This document shows, in pieces, positions 18,338-29,000 of a stretch of DNA of 61,218 nt. How positions within the stretch are numbered: the first letter of the stretch is position 1; each line of letters starts with the position of its first letter. Made by a program: the position numbers and the translations under genes. The notes beneath the pieces are model-generated. The model saw nothing but the letters and a program-made list of their open reading frames with translations. It did no database searches and was not told the origin of the DNA. This stretch comes from Planctomycetota bacterium (GTDB taxonomy: Bacteria; Planctomycetota; UBA1135). The DNA lies in the NCBI GenBank assembly GCA_045047305.1, contig JASFYO010000015.1, forward strand, positions 1-61,218, read 5' to 3'.

Positions 18338-19876
18338 TTAGCGAGCACCTAGGACATTGGAATAGCGGTAATAGACCTCCAAGATGAGTGCGCACAGTGC
18401 GGTGGAGTAAACGCGTCCACCATCACGTCCCCATGGCCCAGCGGGGTCCCAAGAGCCATAGAAGTTGTCCTCCTTGTTTTCCAAACGTTGGTTCGGAATG
18501 AGAGCTTTTTCAATCGCCTTTTTCCAGTTCTTCCAATGCGTGCCGCCCCATTGGTTCATGGCATAAGTTCCGTAATACCAGTAGTACATGTCGATGCTGC
18601 CGTCGTCTTCATCCCAATGCGGTGGTTTGGCTGCAATCAGGTTGGCTTGCTTTTTCATCAACTCATACTGCGGATGATCGCTCCACCGACGCACTTCTTT
18701 TCCATCGGTCATAAAAATACGCGAGAGCAGAGCGACTGCAGTTAAGGCTTCCGATTTCTCGGCCGGGAAACGCTCGATGTAATCCACCTGGCGTGAAGGC
18801 GCACTGCCAATTCCGGCACCGCCATCGCCAAAGGTGTAGCCGGTACGCCCGGTGTTGCGATCTTCAATCGATTGGAACCAAGTGTCGGCGGAAGCATAGG
18901 CGGCCTTGTCGACGGGCAGTTTGTTCTCCTCGGCAGTCTTTAATGCAAAAATCATCCAGCCAGTAATCGAAGTATCGTTACTCCCATCCGGTTCCGTGTC
19001 GTAGCGCCAGGCGCCATAATTGTTGCGCGCATGATGGATTAAGCGGACAGCACGTTTCATGTTTGGCTTCAGCACTGGTGAGCGATTGGAAAAGTAATAA
19101 GCTTCGCCCATCGCCATGGTGGCAATCGCGTGGTTGTACAAGGTGGAGTTGCCAACGGGCTCGCCGAATAAACCATTATCCTGTTGAACTTCGCGCAGCC
19201 AATTGATGCCGCTCGATACATGGGATTTGTGTACGCCCTTAGTTTGCGTGTTGCCATGCCCCTGCAGCGCGAGCAAGGCAAGTCCGGTTAGCCCGACATC
19301 GTTCACTGGGTTGCCCGGTCCAGTGCTGTTTGGTTGGTTTAGATAGCGATCCTGGTACATGAACTCATCGGCATCCCAATAGCCTGCAGTGGATTGATGA
19401 TCCACCAGCCACTGCAGTGCATGCACCACCGAGGTTTCGGTTTTTGGAGTGCCACTATGCCCTTTTGGCCCTCCACGCCCGCCGTATTTACCTCCGGGAG
19501 GACCGCCAATACCAATGTCCTTATTGAAGGCCTCGCTATCAAACGGAGAGTCTGACAACTGATCGGGATCGCCCTCGAGTTCTACGGGGAGCTCGGTCAC
19601 TTCGGCGACATCGGTGGTTTCCATCACCACTGGTTCCTCGACCGGCTCTTCGGGGATTTCGGGCTCGATGACCTCTAGATCATCTTCAACTTCCGGAGCT
19701 GGGGGCGGTGGTGCCGCGACTAACTGCGGTGGCTTGGTGACTTCGGTGTCGCTGAGAATCATGATGCCCGCAACGACGAGCGCGATGACAAAGTGGGCGA
19801 AGAGCGATGCAATCACATAAGGGGCGCGTCGCATTTGCTCGCCGAGGACGTCTTGGAAGGTTGAGATTTCGTTCAT
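18338..19876 (-). CDS. Membrane-anchored prenyltransferase/squalene-cyclase-fold protein, paralogue 2
   Basis: Single TM (ASLFAH), Pro/Glu linker, ALQWLVDHQ, TGLALLA, YNHAIAT, GAWRY, DTSITGW, YYWYY, GSWDP, GGRVYSTA, LEVYYRY. Confidence 0.8.
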   Translation of the reverse strand: MNEISTFQDVLGEQMRRAPYVIASLFAHFVIALVVAGIMILSDTEVTKPPQLVAAPPPPAPEVEDDLEVIEPEIPEEPVEEPVVMETTDVAEVTELPVELEGDPDQLSDSPFDSEAFNKDIGIGGPPGGKYGGRGGPKGHSGTPKTETSVVHALQWLVDHQSTAGYWDADEFMYQDRYLNQPNSTGPGNPVNDVGLTGLALLALQGHGNTQTKGVHKSHVSSGINWLREVQQDNGLFGEPVGNSTLYNHAIATMAMGEAYYFSNRSPVLKPNMKRAVRLIHHARNNYGAWRYDTEPDGSNDTSITGWMIFALKTAEENKLPVDKAAYASADTWFQSIEDRNTGRTGYTFGDGGAGIGSAPSRQVDYIERFPAEKSEALTAVALLSRIFMTDGKEVRRWSDHPQYELMKKQANLIAAKPPHWDEDDGSIDMYYWYYGTYAMNQWGGTHWKNWKKAIEKALIPNQRLENKEDNFYGSWDPAGPWGRDGGRVYSTALCALILEVYYRYSNVLGAR

Positions 19877-19888
19877 GGCATGACGCAC

Positions 19889-19913
19889 AACGCCACGACC
19901 TCTGCCTTCGTTC
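19889..19913 (-). promoter_or_regulatory. Putative ECF-sigma promoter GAAC-N17-CGTT
   Basis: Minus strand GAAC-gaaggcagaggtcgtgg-CGTT, 12 nt before ATG 19876; the same motif precedes the paralogue. Confidence 0.5.
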
Positions 19914-19965
19914 AGAATGTTTTTTGGTTCAAAAGTAATTTTGGTTCAAGCAAAGTGCAAAAAAG

Positions 19966-19995
19966 AAAGGTGGATGACCGAAGTCATCCACCTTT
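19966..19995 (-). terminator. Rho-independent terminator between the two paralogues
   Basis: aaaggtggatgac-cgaa-gtcatccaccttt, followed on the minus strand by a T-rich run. Confidence 0.8.
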
Positions 19996-20013
19996 GTCCT
20001 GTGGTTGGTTCTC

Positions 20014-21597
20014 TTAGCGAGCACCAAGTACGCGAGCGTAACGGTAGTACACCTCGAGCATAAGAGCACAGATTGCGGTGGAGTAAATCCGGCCGCCATC
20101 ATCGCCCCATGGACCTGCAGGGTCCCAAGAACCGAAGAAGTTGTCTTCCTTGTCTTCCCGACGCTGGTGCGGAAGTAGAGCTAGCTCGATCGCCTTCTTC
20201 CAGTTCTTCCAGTGAGTATCGCCCCACTGGTTCATGGCGAAGGTTCCGTAGTACCAGTAGTACATGTCGATTGAGCCATCGTCTTCGTCCCACTTCGGAA
20301 GCTTATTGGCAATCAAGTCGGCCTGCTTCTTCAGCATTTCGTAGTTATCATGATCTTTCCACGACTTCACCTTTTTGGTGTCAGTCATGAAGATACGTGA
20401 CAGCAAGGCCACAGCAGTGAGTGATTCCGATTTGTCGGCCGGGAACTTCTCGATGTACTGTGGTGGACGCGAAGGCTGCGATCCAGGACCGCCGCCGCCA
20501 TCGCCCCATGCGTAACCAACACGGCCCGTGTTCTTGTCTTCCATCGAAGCGAACCAAGTTTCAGCGCCTTCGAAACAAGCGTGGTCGACAGGGATTTTGC
20601 TGTCTTCCGCAGTCTTCAGTGCGAACACCATCCATCCAGTGATGGAAGAGTCATTGTCACCGTTTGGCTCCAGGTCGTAACGCCATGCACCGTAGTTGTT
20701 GCGCGCGTTCACGATCACCGAAACAGCCTTCTTCATAGGGCGCTTCAGTACAGGAGTTTTGTTGGAGAAGTAGTACGCCTCTCCCATAGCCATGGTGGCG
20801 ATGGAGTGGTTGTACAGGGTTGGGTTACCCACATCTTCGCCGAACAAGCCGGTGTCGGACTGGACTTCCTTGAGCCAGTTGATGCCGTTGGAAACAACCG
20901 CCTTGTACTTGCCGGAGCTCAGGGTGTGGTTGTTCCCCAAGAATGCGAGCAAGGAAAGGCCGGTGAGGCCGACGTCGTTTACGGGGTTACCTGCGCCATC
21001 GGACTCAGGCTTGCCGTCGTAGATGTCGTTGTACATGAACTCGTCGGAGTCCCAGAAACCACCAGGAGACTGGTGATCCTTGAGCCACTTGAGTGCATCC
21101 AAAACAGCAGCTTCCTGCTTGGTTTTGCCGCCTTTGCCACCACGGCCACCACGACCGCCGTACTTACCACCAGCACCACCACCAAGACCGACATCGTTGT
21201 TCCATGCATCGGAATCGAATGCAGCATCTGCGTTCATGTCGGGGTCGCCAGTTTCCTCGAGGGTTTCCTGTTCGACGACTTCTTCGAGCTCTGACTCAAC
21301 AATCACAGGCTCCTCGACGATGTCCTCGATGATTTCCTCTTCTGGCTCCTCCTCTTCTTCAATTTCGGGAGGTGGAGGTGGTGGAGCCGCGACGAGTTGT
21401 GGAGGAGTTGATTCTTCCCCACCGGTGAGCACCATGATGCCAGCCACGACGAGGCCGATCAAAAAGTGGACGACGATGGATGCAATGATGTACGGCGCGC
21501 GGCGGAGCTGCTCAGCGAGCACGTCGTTAAACGTGTTCTCATGCTCCCACGGGCGGTGGTACTCATAATCGACTAGGTCTGCGTGGTGTTCCGTCAT
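20014..21597 (-). CDS. Membrane-anchored prenyltransferase/squalene-cyclase-fold protein, paralogue 1
   Basis: Same architecture and motifs as 18338..19876, with identical blocks such as GNPVNDVGLTGL, WDEDDGSIDMYYWYYGT and WKNWKKAIE. Confidence 0.8.
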   Translation of the reverse strand: MTEHHADLVDYEYHRPWEHENTFNDVLAEQLRRAPYIIASIVVHFLIGLVVAGIMVLTGGEESTPPQLVAAPPPPPPEIEEEEEPEEEIIEDIVEEPVIVESELEEVVEQETLEETGDPDMNADAAFDSDAWNNDVGLGGGAGGKYGGRGGRGGKGGKTKQEAAVLDALKWLKDHQSPGGFWDSDEFMYNDIYDGKPESDGAGNPVNDVGLTGLSLLAFLGNNHTLSSGKYKAVVSNGINWLKEVQSDTGLFGEDVGNPTLYNHSIATMAMGEAYYFSNKTPVLKRPMKKAVSVIVNARNNYGAWRYDLEPNGDNDSSITGWMVFALKTAEDSKIPVDHACFEGAETWFASMEDKNTGRVGYAWGDGGGGPGSQPSRPPQYIEKFPADKSESLTAVALLSRIFMTDTKKVKSWKDHDNYEMLKKQADLIANKLPKWDEDDGSIDMYYWYYGTFAMNQWGDTHWKNWKKAIELALLPHQRREDKEDNFFGSWDPAGPWGDDGGRIYSTAICALMLEVYYRYARVLGAR

Positions 21598-21609
21598 GAC
21601 ATTGGGGCC

Positions 21610-21633
21610 AACGCGAATACCGGGTCCCGGTTC
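21610..21633 (-). promoter_or_regulatory. Putative ECF-sigma promoter GAAC-N16-CGTT
   Basis: Minus strand GAAC-cgggacccggtattcg-CGTT, 12 nt before ATG 21597. Confidence 0.5.
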
Positions 21634-21652
21634 GCGAAAAGCCGGGATTATT

Positions 21653-22684
21653 CTACAGCTCGGCGGATGTTGGGGCGGAAATATCGCCCCCGTAAATCCG
21701 ATTCAGGAAATCTTCCAGGCCAGGCAGGTCTGGGTTCACCCAAAGGTACGATCCGAGGTACTGAAGCGCGATCGCATCGGTTACAGCTTGTTGCCGCTTT
21801 TCGAACGTAAGCTTATTCACAATAGTGAGTTGCGAATCTTCGAAGGAGAGATCTTTGGCTTCGGTGCGGCCCAAGAGCAAAATCATTTGAGTCACCCCGT
21901 TGGTGTTGGTGCCAAGCGACATGACCTCACCGGGTTGAGCAAATTCGAGAAAGTCGACCAGATCCTGGCGCATGGTGTCGCGCACGCCATGGTGCACCGG
22001 CGCGCGGTCAGCTGCCTCGACCGCCTCCTGAGGCGTCATCAGGCCGGCTCCAAGGCGGTTCACGACCTCTGCGGCGCGGTCTTCGGAAGGAGCCTTCCCG
22101 CGCTCATTGAAAAATTGCAGTTGGGCCCATTCGAGTTGACTCTCTACCGCGCGGAAGCTGGCATCGGCAAAATAAGCTTTGCGGATTTCCTCTGGAGACG
22201 GCTGTGCAAGCACCAGCAGGCCCTGACTCTTGGAAGGGCTGACGCCACCCAGCACACTTTTCACCGTACTCTCAATGAAGACGCGGCGTAAATCCTGACG
22301 GAACTCGTCGATATTGGAATAACCATCGCGAATCAAGCTGGTCTCAAACCCGGCGCGCGAGCCTTCTTCCAGGATGAGCTGGTCGATGCGGGCGTCTAGG
22401 CGTGGGGCGAGCAGGGAATCATCGAAGCCAAGCTTGGTGAAAAGCTCTTGAAACAGCATATTGCGTACGCCAGAGACGAGTGCAATAGAGCCAGCATCTT
22501 CTGGATTCATGCTCGGATCGCGAACCAGCAAGCGGGCGGCTTCTTTGTCGACCATTGCGGAAGTCAGAATGGAATCATTGAGCACTACGAAGGTGACGTC
22601 TACCAGATCATCCGACGGCTCCGGCACCTGGGCTGCGGCCAGGGGAGCGAGGTTGCAAAGAAGAATTAGTGAGAGGAGCTTCAT
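21653..22684 (-). CDS. Secreted SurA/PpiC-like chaperone (divergent)
   Basis: Signal peptide MKLLSLILL...AAAQ; VLNDSILT, PSPEEIRKAY, DLSFEDSQ resemble SurA/PpiC scaffolds; lies directly downstream of mfd, a common context. Confidence 0.55.
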   Translation of the reverse strand: MKLLSLILLCNLAPLAAAQVPEPSDDLVDVTFVVLNDSILTSAMVDKEAARLLVRDPSMNPEDAGSIALVSGVRNMLFQELFTKLGFDDSLLAPRLDARIDQLILEEGSRAGFETSLIRDGYSNIDEFRQDLRRVFIESTVKSVLGGVSPSKSQGLLVLAQPSPEEIRKAYFADASFRAVESQLEWAQLQFFNERGKAPSEDRAAEVVNRLGAGLMTPQEAVEAADRAPVHHGVRDTMRQDLVDFLEFAQPGEVMSLGTNTNGVTQMILLLGRTEAKDLSFEDSQLTIVNKLTFEKRQQAVTDAIALQYLGSYLWVNPDLPGLEDFLNRIYGGDISAPTSAEL

Positions 22685-22686
22685 GG

Positions 22687-25600
22687 TTACTTTCCGCGTG
22701 CAGATTGTCGCCTTTTTCGGGGGATGCGGCAAGAGATAGCCGTCTGATACACCAATTCGAGCACATTTTCGGGTGAAAGGCTCGCAGAGGGCAGCATCCA
22801 CATGGCTTTCCGCGCCGTGAGCACACGAAAATCTATGTCTTGGCCGGCAAGGGCCTTTTCGAAGACGCGGGCTTCCCGCAAGCTACACACTAAATGGTCG
22901 CCTACGCGTTGAATGGCGTCTAGGCCGAGGGCGCCGAGCCGGTGCTTGAGGAAGAACAGGCGGGCGAGGCGGACGAGTTCCACGGGGGGCGGTCCAAATC
23001 GGTCGCGCACAGCTTCCAGTACGGCGTCGATTTGGGCAGGTTCTCGTACGCGGTCGAATTCGCGCAGAAGCTGCAGGCGGATGTCCTCGTCGGGAACAAA
23101 TTCAGGTGCAAGTGCAGCATCTAGTCCCAGCGCTAAATCGCAAGCCGGTTGGATACCACCATGGGCGACGACCTGACTTTGCCTTTTTAAGCGGGCGACG
23201 GCCTGACTCAGCAGGCGGCGATAAGTCTCATAACCCACCGCATTGATATGACCGCTCTGTTCCGACCCGAGTAGGTTGCCGGCGCCGCGGATTTCCAAGT
23301 CGCGCATCGCCAACTGAAACCCGGCACCGAGGTACTTCATTTCTTCGATCGCCTTAAGCCTACGTCGTGCATCCAGCGGTAGTGGTTTTCCGCGCGGCAA
23401 AAGGAGGTAGCAGTAGCCGCGGCGTTCCGAACGTCCGACACGACCGCGCAGTTGGTGCAGGTCTGCTAATCCATGGCGCTGTGCTTGGTCAATGAAAATG
23501 GTGTTGGCATTGGGGATGTCTAGCCCGCTTTCAATGATGGTGGTTGCGCAAAGAATATCTGCTTTGCCGCGAACGAATTGCAGCATCACTTTTTCCAATT
23601 CCCTTGGTTCCATCTGGCCATGTCCAGTCACGATGTTGGCTTCGGGAACCAATTTGCGCAGGCGGTTGGCCATGACATCTAAAGACTTGACGCGGTTGTG
23701 GAGGAAGAAAGCTTGTCCACCGCGCGCCAATTCGCGACGTAACACTTCGGTCATCATCGCGGTTTCATCGTCGTAACGAATCTCGGTGTGCACTTCCTGG
23801 CGCCCTACTGGTGCGGTGCTTAACGAGGTGATGTCGCGAATGCCGGCCATCGCCATGTGCAAAGTACGTGGGACTGGAGTCGCGGTGAGGGTAAGCACAT
23901 CCACTTGCGCACGTTTCTTTTTCAGCATCTCTTTGTGGCGGACCCCAAAGCGCTGCTCCTCGTCGATGATGACCAAACCCAAATCTTTGAACAGTACATC
24001 TTTCGACAGAATGCGGTGAGTGCCAATCACTAAGTCGACCGTGCCATCCGCCAAGCCGGCAATGGTTTCGCGACGCTTATTCGGCGTGACCAAACGTGAA
24101 AGCAAGCCGATCTCAATCGGCCAATCCGCAAAGCGTTGTTGGAAGGAGCGCCAATGTTGTTCTGCAAGAACCGTGGTCGGCACTAAAATCGCCACTTGTT
24201 TTCCCGCAAGAATGGCGCGAAAGGCAGCACGTGCAGCAAGCTCAGTTTTTCCATATCCGACGTCGCCACAAAGCAAGCGGTCCATCGCGCGTGGCAGTGC
24301 TAAGTCGGCGTGGATTTCGCGCGTGCCCTGGGCTTGGTCTGGGGTGTCCTCCCACGGGAACGAAGCCTCGAATTCAATCTGTTCAGGACCCGGCTCCGGA
24401 AACGCGAAACCAGGCACAGCTTGCCGTTTGGCCTGAATGTCGAGCATTTCCGCTGCTAAGTCTTCGACAGCAGCTTCGACTTTACTGCGCCGTCTTTCAA
24501 AGGCTCCAGAGCCCAGCCGGTCGAGCTCTGGGTTTGCCCCGCCAGCACCAATAAAGCGTTCCACCAAATCCACCCGCGACACTGGAACTTTCAGCTCGGC
24601 TTGCTGCGCGAATTCCAGCAAGATGTAATCCTGCGAGGCCTTCGCACCCGAAGAATCTAAGCCGCGGAACAGCGCAAGTCCATGCACCAGGTGCACCACC
24701 AAATCGCCGGGGCGCAAGGCCATGACGGACTCAATGGCTTCGGTTGGGTGGTCGCGCCGTTTCCGCGGTTTTGGCCGATGCGACCCATGTCCCGGAATGA
24801 ACTCGCGGTGATGGATGACAGTCAGCCGCGCTTCCGGAATGCGAAAACCACGGTCCAAGCCGCCGGCCTTCATATCCAAGGTGTGATCAGCCAAACTGTT
24901 ATCGGCCAAAATCTGACGCAAACGGTCAGCTTCGGCATCGGTCGAACAAACCACAGTGGCATGCTCGCCATCTTTGGCGCGTTCTGCCAATACTGAAACT
25001 CCAGGTGCGACACCTTGGCAATACTCTTCCACACTGAGCGTGGTGAGGGTTCCGTCGGTGCCGGGAAGGGTGGCGAGTTCTAGCACCGAGCGCGCAGCCA
25101 ATCCGTCTTGCAATCGATTCAGTGCACTCACTGCTTGGGGACCCAAAAAGCGCAGTTGCGTCCGACGTTCCTCAATCGAGGATGGCTCCCACATCACTAC
25201 GCGCATTTTCGAGTCGAAGCGGTCGAGTGGGAGTAAATCGTCGGCGCCTGCAGCTTCTTGCAAGTCTTGCGCGAGCGGGACCTCTACTTTGCGTAATACA
25301 TGACGTGTTCGTTGTGTGGCTAAATCAAAGACGCGCACACTTTCCAATTCGTCATCGAAAAATTCCAAACGCAATGGCTCGCCGACGGCAGGGGCGTAAA
25401 AATCTAGAATGTCGCCGCGGCGGGCAAACTCTCCAGCCTCAGTGATGGATGGAACGCGCTGAAATCCAGCTTCCACCAGTGTGCGTGTAAGTTGCTCCGG
25501 ATCGAGCGACATCCCTTCATGCAGCTGGAGTAAATCAGACCCATCTTTTTCGCCCGGTTTGGTGGCTGCAGGCACTGCTTGCATGAGTGCAGCTAGGGGG

Positions 25601-25983
25601 GCAACAATGGCGCCCTTGAAGCCGTCGCGGGCAGCAAGGGTGAGAGCATGGTGGCGTTCGCGCAGGACATCGGCCTCGGTGCCAAGAGAACTTTCGCGCG
25701 CCGGAAACGGAATCACTCCGCAATCAAAGGTATTGAGATCGTCGACTGCCAGCGCTGCCTGCTGTGCATCGGCGCACACAACCAAGAGTGGTTGTTGCCA
25801 CTCCTCAACGAAAGTAGCACTCAATAGCGCTTTTGAGGAGCCCCAGAGGCCGCCCCAATGCAAACGACCATGCGTCTGGTCGCCCCATCGGGCGGCCAAA
25901 TCGTGGAAGGACGGGGTGGCACGCAGCAGCGTAATCGGTGAAGATTTCGCGTCCCGTTGCGGATCACGCGTTGCCATCTGCAT
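22687..25983 (-). CDS. mfd: Transcription-repair coupling factor
   Basis: GEFARRGDILD, GDLVVHLVHG, MDRLLCGDVGYGKTE, IIDEEQRFGV, TATPVPRTL, QLRGRVGRS, DLEIRGAGNLLG. True start may be the Met at 25977. Confidence 0.96.
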   Translation of the reverse strand: MQMATRDPQRDAKSSPITLLRATPSFHDLAARWGDQTHGRLHWGGLWGSSKALLSATFVEEWQQPLLVVCADAQQAALAVDDLNTFDCGVIPFPARESSLGTEADVLRERHHALTLAARDGFKGAIVAPLAALMQAVPAATKPGEKDGSDLLQLHEGMSLDPEQLTRTLVEAGFQRVPSITEAGEFARRGDILDFYAPAVGEPLRLEFFDDELESVRVFDLATQRTRHVLRKVEVPLAQDLQEAAGADDLLPLDRFDSKMRVVMWEPSSIEERRTQLRFLGPQAVSALNRLQDGLAARSVLELATLPGTDGTLTTLSVEEYCQGVAPGVSVLAERAKDGEHATVVCSTDAEADRLRQILADNSLADHTLDMKAGGLDRGFRIPEARLTVIHHREFIPGHGSHRPKPRKRRDHPTEAIESVMALRPGDLVVHLVHGLALFRGLDSSGAKASQDYILLEFAQQAELKVPVSRVDLVERFIGAGGANPELDRLGSGAFERRRSKVEAAVEDLAAEMLDIQAKRQAVPGFAFPEPGPEQIEFEASFPWEDTPDQAQGTREIHADLALPRAMDRLLCGDVGYGKTELAARAAFRAILAGKQVAILVPTTVLAEQHWRSFQQRFADWPIEIGLLSRLVTPNKRRETIAGLADGTVDLVIGTHRILSKDVLFKDLGLVIIDEEQRFGVRHKEMLKKKRAQVDVLTLTATPVPRTLHMAMAGIRDITSLSTAPVGRQEVHTEIRYDDETAMMTEVLRRELARGGQAFFLHNRVKSLDVMANRLRKLVPEANIVTGHGQMEPRELEKVMLQFVRGKADILCATTIIESGLDIPNANTIFIDQAQRHGLADLHQLRGRVGRSERRGYCYLLLPRGKPLPLDARRRLKAIEEMKYLGAGFQLAMRDLEIRGAGNLLGSEQSGHINAVGYETYRRLLSQAVARLKRQSQVVAHGGIQPACDLALGLDAALAPEFVPDEDIRLQLLREFDRVREPAQIDAVLEAVRDRFGPPPVELVRLARLFFLKHRLGALGLDAIQRVGDHLVCSLREARVFEKALAGQDIDFRVLTARKAMWMLPSASLSPENVLELVYQTAISCRIPRKRRQSARGK

Positions 25984-26007
25984 AGTCTACTTTAGAATCG
26001 GAACCTC

Positions 26008-29000
26008 ATGTCTCTGTTCCTCCTGACACTGTTTGCACTGATTCCCTTTCCAGCTCAAGAAGATGCAAAGGAGAGCGACACCCCGAAATTGGATGAAGGT
26101 CTTCTTTCTGCCTTCGAGTTTCGCTCAGTAGGCCCGGCATTGATGTCAGGGCGGATTTCAGATCTTGCGATTGACCCGGTGAACCCGAATGTTTGGTACG
26201 TCGCGGCAGGTTCGGGCAATTTGTGGAAGACCACCAATGCCGGCACTACCTTCGAACCAATTTTTGAGGACTACGGGAGTTACTCGATTGGGTGTGTGAG
26301 TTTGGATCCGAATAACCACAATACGGTTTGGGTTGGTAGTGGAGAAGCTGTGGGTGGGCGTCATGTTGGATATGGAGATGGGATTTACCGCAGTGATGAC
26401 GGTGGTGGCAGTTTTCGCAATATGGGTTTGAAGGAAAGCGAACATATCGCGAAAATTGTGGTGGACCCGACTAACTCCGATGTGATTTACGTCGCAGCAC
26501 AGGGGCCGCTGTGGTCAGGTGGTGGTGAACGCGGTCTTTATAAGAGTGAAGATGGAGGTGAGAACTGGTTTGCGATTCTCACTGCAGGGGATTACACCGG
26601 AGTGACCGATATCGTTTTGGATCCGCGCAACACACAAGTGATGTATGCAGCGATGCATCAGCGCCAACGCACGGTGTGGGCCTTGATTGACGGTGGCCCC
26701 GAATCTGGCATCCATAAATCTACCGATGGTGGTGCCACTTGGACCGAACTAAGTGACGGGTTACCGGGAGAGGATATGGGAAAGATTGGATTGGCGATTT
26801 CGCCGACCGATCCAGATGTGGTTTACGCAACCATCGAACTTGCTGGCCCTAGCGGTGGGTTTTGGAAGTCGGAAAATGCAGGTGCCAGTTGGTCAAAGCA
26901 AAGCGATTACGCCGGCGGCGGAACGGGCCCACACTACTATCAAGAGTTGTTCCTCGATCCGCATCATCCCAACACGCTTTACCAGGCGAATGTACAGCTG
27001 GGCCGCACCGAAGATGGAGGAGTTACGTGGAATTCCGTTGGCAATCAGAATAAGCATGTGGATAACCATGCGGTCGCATTCCACCCCACGGACCCCAACT
27101 TCTTACTCGTCGGGTGCGACGGTGGACTTTATGTTTCTTACGACCGCGGCAAGAACTATCGCTTCTGCTCTAACTTACCGCTAACTCAGTTCTACAAGTT
27201 AGATGTGGATAATGATTGGCCGGTTTACAATATTGTCGGCGGAACGCAGGACAACAGCACGCAGTACGGTCCATCGCGCACGTTGAACCGCCAAGGTATT
27301 CGTAATTCGGATTGGCGCATTATTTTGGGTGGTGACGGACACGACAACGCGATTGATCCAAGCAATCCAGACATCATTTACGGTGAATCGCAAAAAGGCT
27401 ACATTCGCCGATTCGATCGCCGCAGCGGGCAAAGCCTGGATATTCGTCCGCAGCCAGCGCAAGGCGAAGATAATTTTCGCTTCAACTGGGACTCACCGAT
27501 TCTGATTAGCCCACACAACCCAGCTCGGATTTATCACGGCTCGAATCGATTGCATCGCAGTGATGACCGTGGTGATTCTTGGACCACGATTAGCCCAGAC
27601 GTTTCTAAGAGTCTTGATCGCCTTACACTCAAGATCATGGGGCGCGTGTGGAGTTTGGATGCGCTTTGGGATTTGCGCGCGATGTCGATGTACGGCAACA
27701 TTACTTGTATCAGCGAATCGCCGGTGCAAAAGGATTTACTCTACATCGGAACGGATGATGGCCGCATTCAGGTGAGTGAAGATGGCGGCAGCAATTGGCG
27801 TTTGGTTGAGTCCATCGCCGAGGTCCCGAGCACGGCTTTCGTAAACGACATCAAGGCTGACTTGTTTGATGCGGATACGGTTTATGCTGCACTTGACAAC
27901 CATAAAGTGGGTGACTTCGCGCCTTACTTGGTGAAAAGCACGGACCGCGGCCATACTTGGACCTCGATTGCCGCCGATCTGCCCGAGCGACACATCGTTT
28001 GGCGTTTGGTGCAAGATCACGTACAGCCTAATTTGTTTTTCCTAGGCACCGAGTTCGGCATTTTCTGCTCACTCGATGGCGCACAGAGTTGGAAACAAAT
28101 GAACGGAGGCCTTCCCCACATTCCGTTCCGGGACCTTGCGATTCAACGACGCGAAAATGACTTGGTTGGCGCCTCCTTTGGCCGTAGCTTTTACATTCTT
28201 GATAACTACGCACCCTTGCGTGAGTTGAGCGAGAGTTTAGTCGCTCAAGAGATTCATACTTTTGCAGTCAAGACGGCACAGCTTTTTGTGGCAGGTAATG
28301 AGCTTGGCGGGCGTCGTGGTGCGCAAGGCGATAGTTATTACAGCGCAGATAATCCAGAGTTTGGCGCCACGCTTCGCTATTACTTGAAGGATGGTTTGGA
28401 ATCAAAAAAGGATTTACGCAAAAAGGAGGAAGGCAAAGCTAAGAAGAATGGTGCAGACACCGTCTACCCTGGTTGGGATGTTTTGCGTGAAGAAAAAAGC
28501 GAGGAGGCTCCGCATCTGCGTATGGAAATCCTCAATGACCACGGTGAAGTTGTCGCGCGCTTGGAGGCGCCTTCAGGCAAAGGCATGCAAAAGGTGGCAT
28601 GGAATCTTCGCGCCACCTTGAATGGAGGTCGCGGACCCATGGTCCCTGCGGGTATTTATCGCTCGCAACTGATTCGCTTCGACAACGGAGAACCAAGCCT
28701 TTGGGGTTCACCTCAATCTTTCGAAGTCGTCGACATTGTTGCTCCCACTCTTCCAGCGGTCGATCCGAGGGCTACTTATGCTTGGCGCAAGGAAGTTGCA
28801 GAGTTGCAGAACACCGTTTCCGGCAGTGTGCGAGTTTTAGATGCTGCGCTAGAGGACGTTACCGCGATGAAGGATGCGATCCGCAGCGGCACCCACGCTT
28901 CGCTCGCATTGGCATCTGATTTGCGTGCAATGGAGCTGAAATTGGAGAATTTGCGGCGCTCGATCACTGGAGATGACTTGCGTACCAAACGCGGGCACGA

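Noticed and set aside
18338..21597. Squalene-hopene cyclase call
   Set aside because: No DXDD motif, single barrel and N-terminal TM stalk; only the fold is shared.
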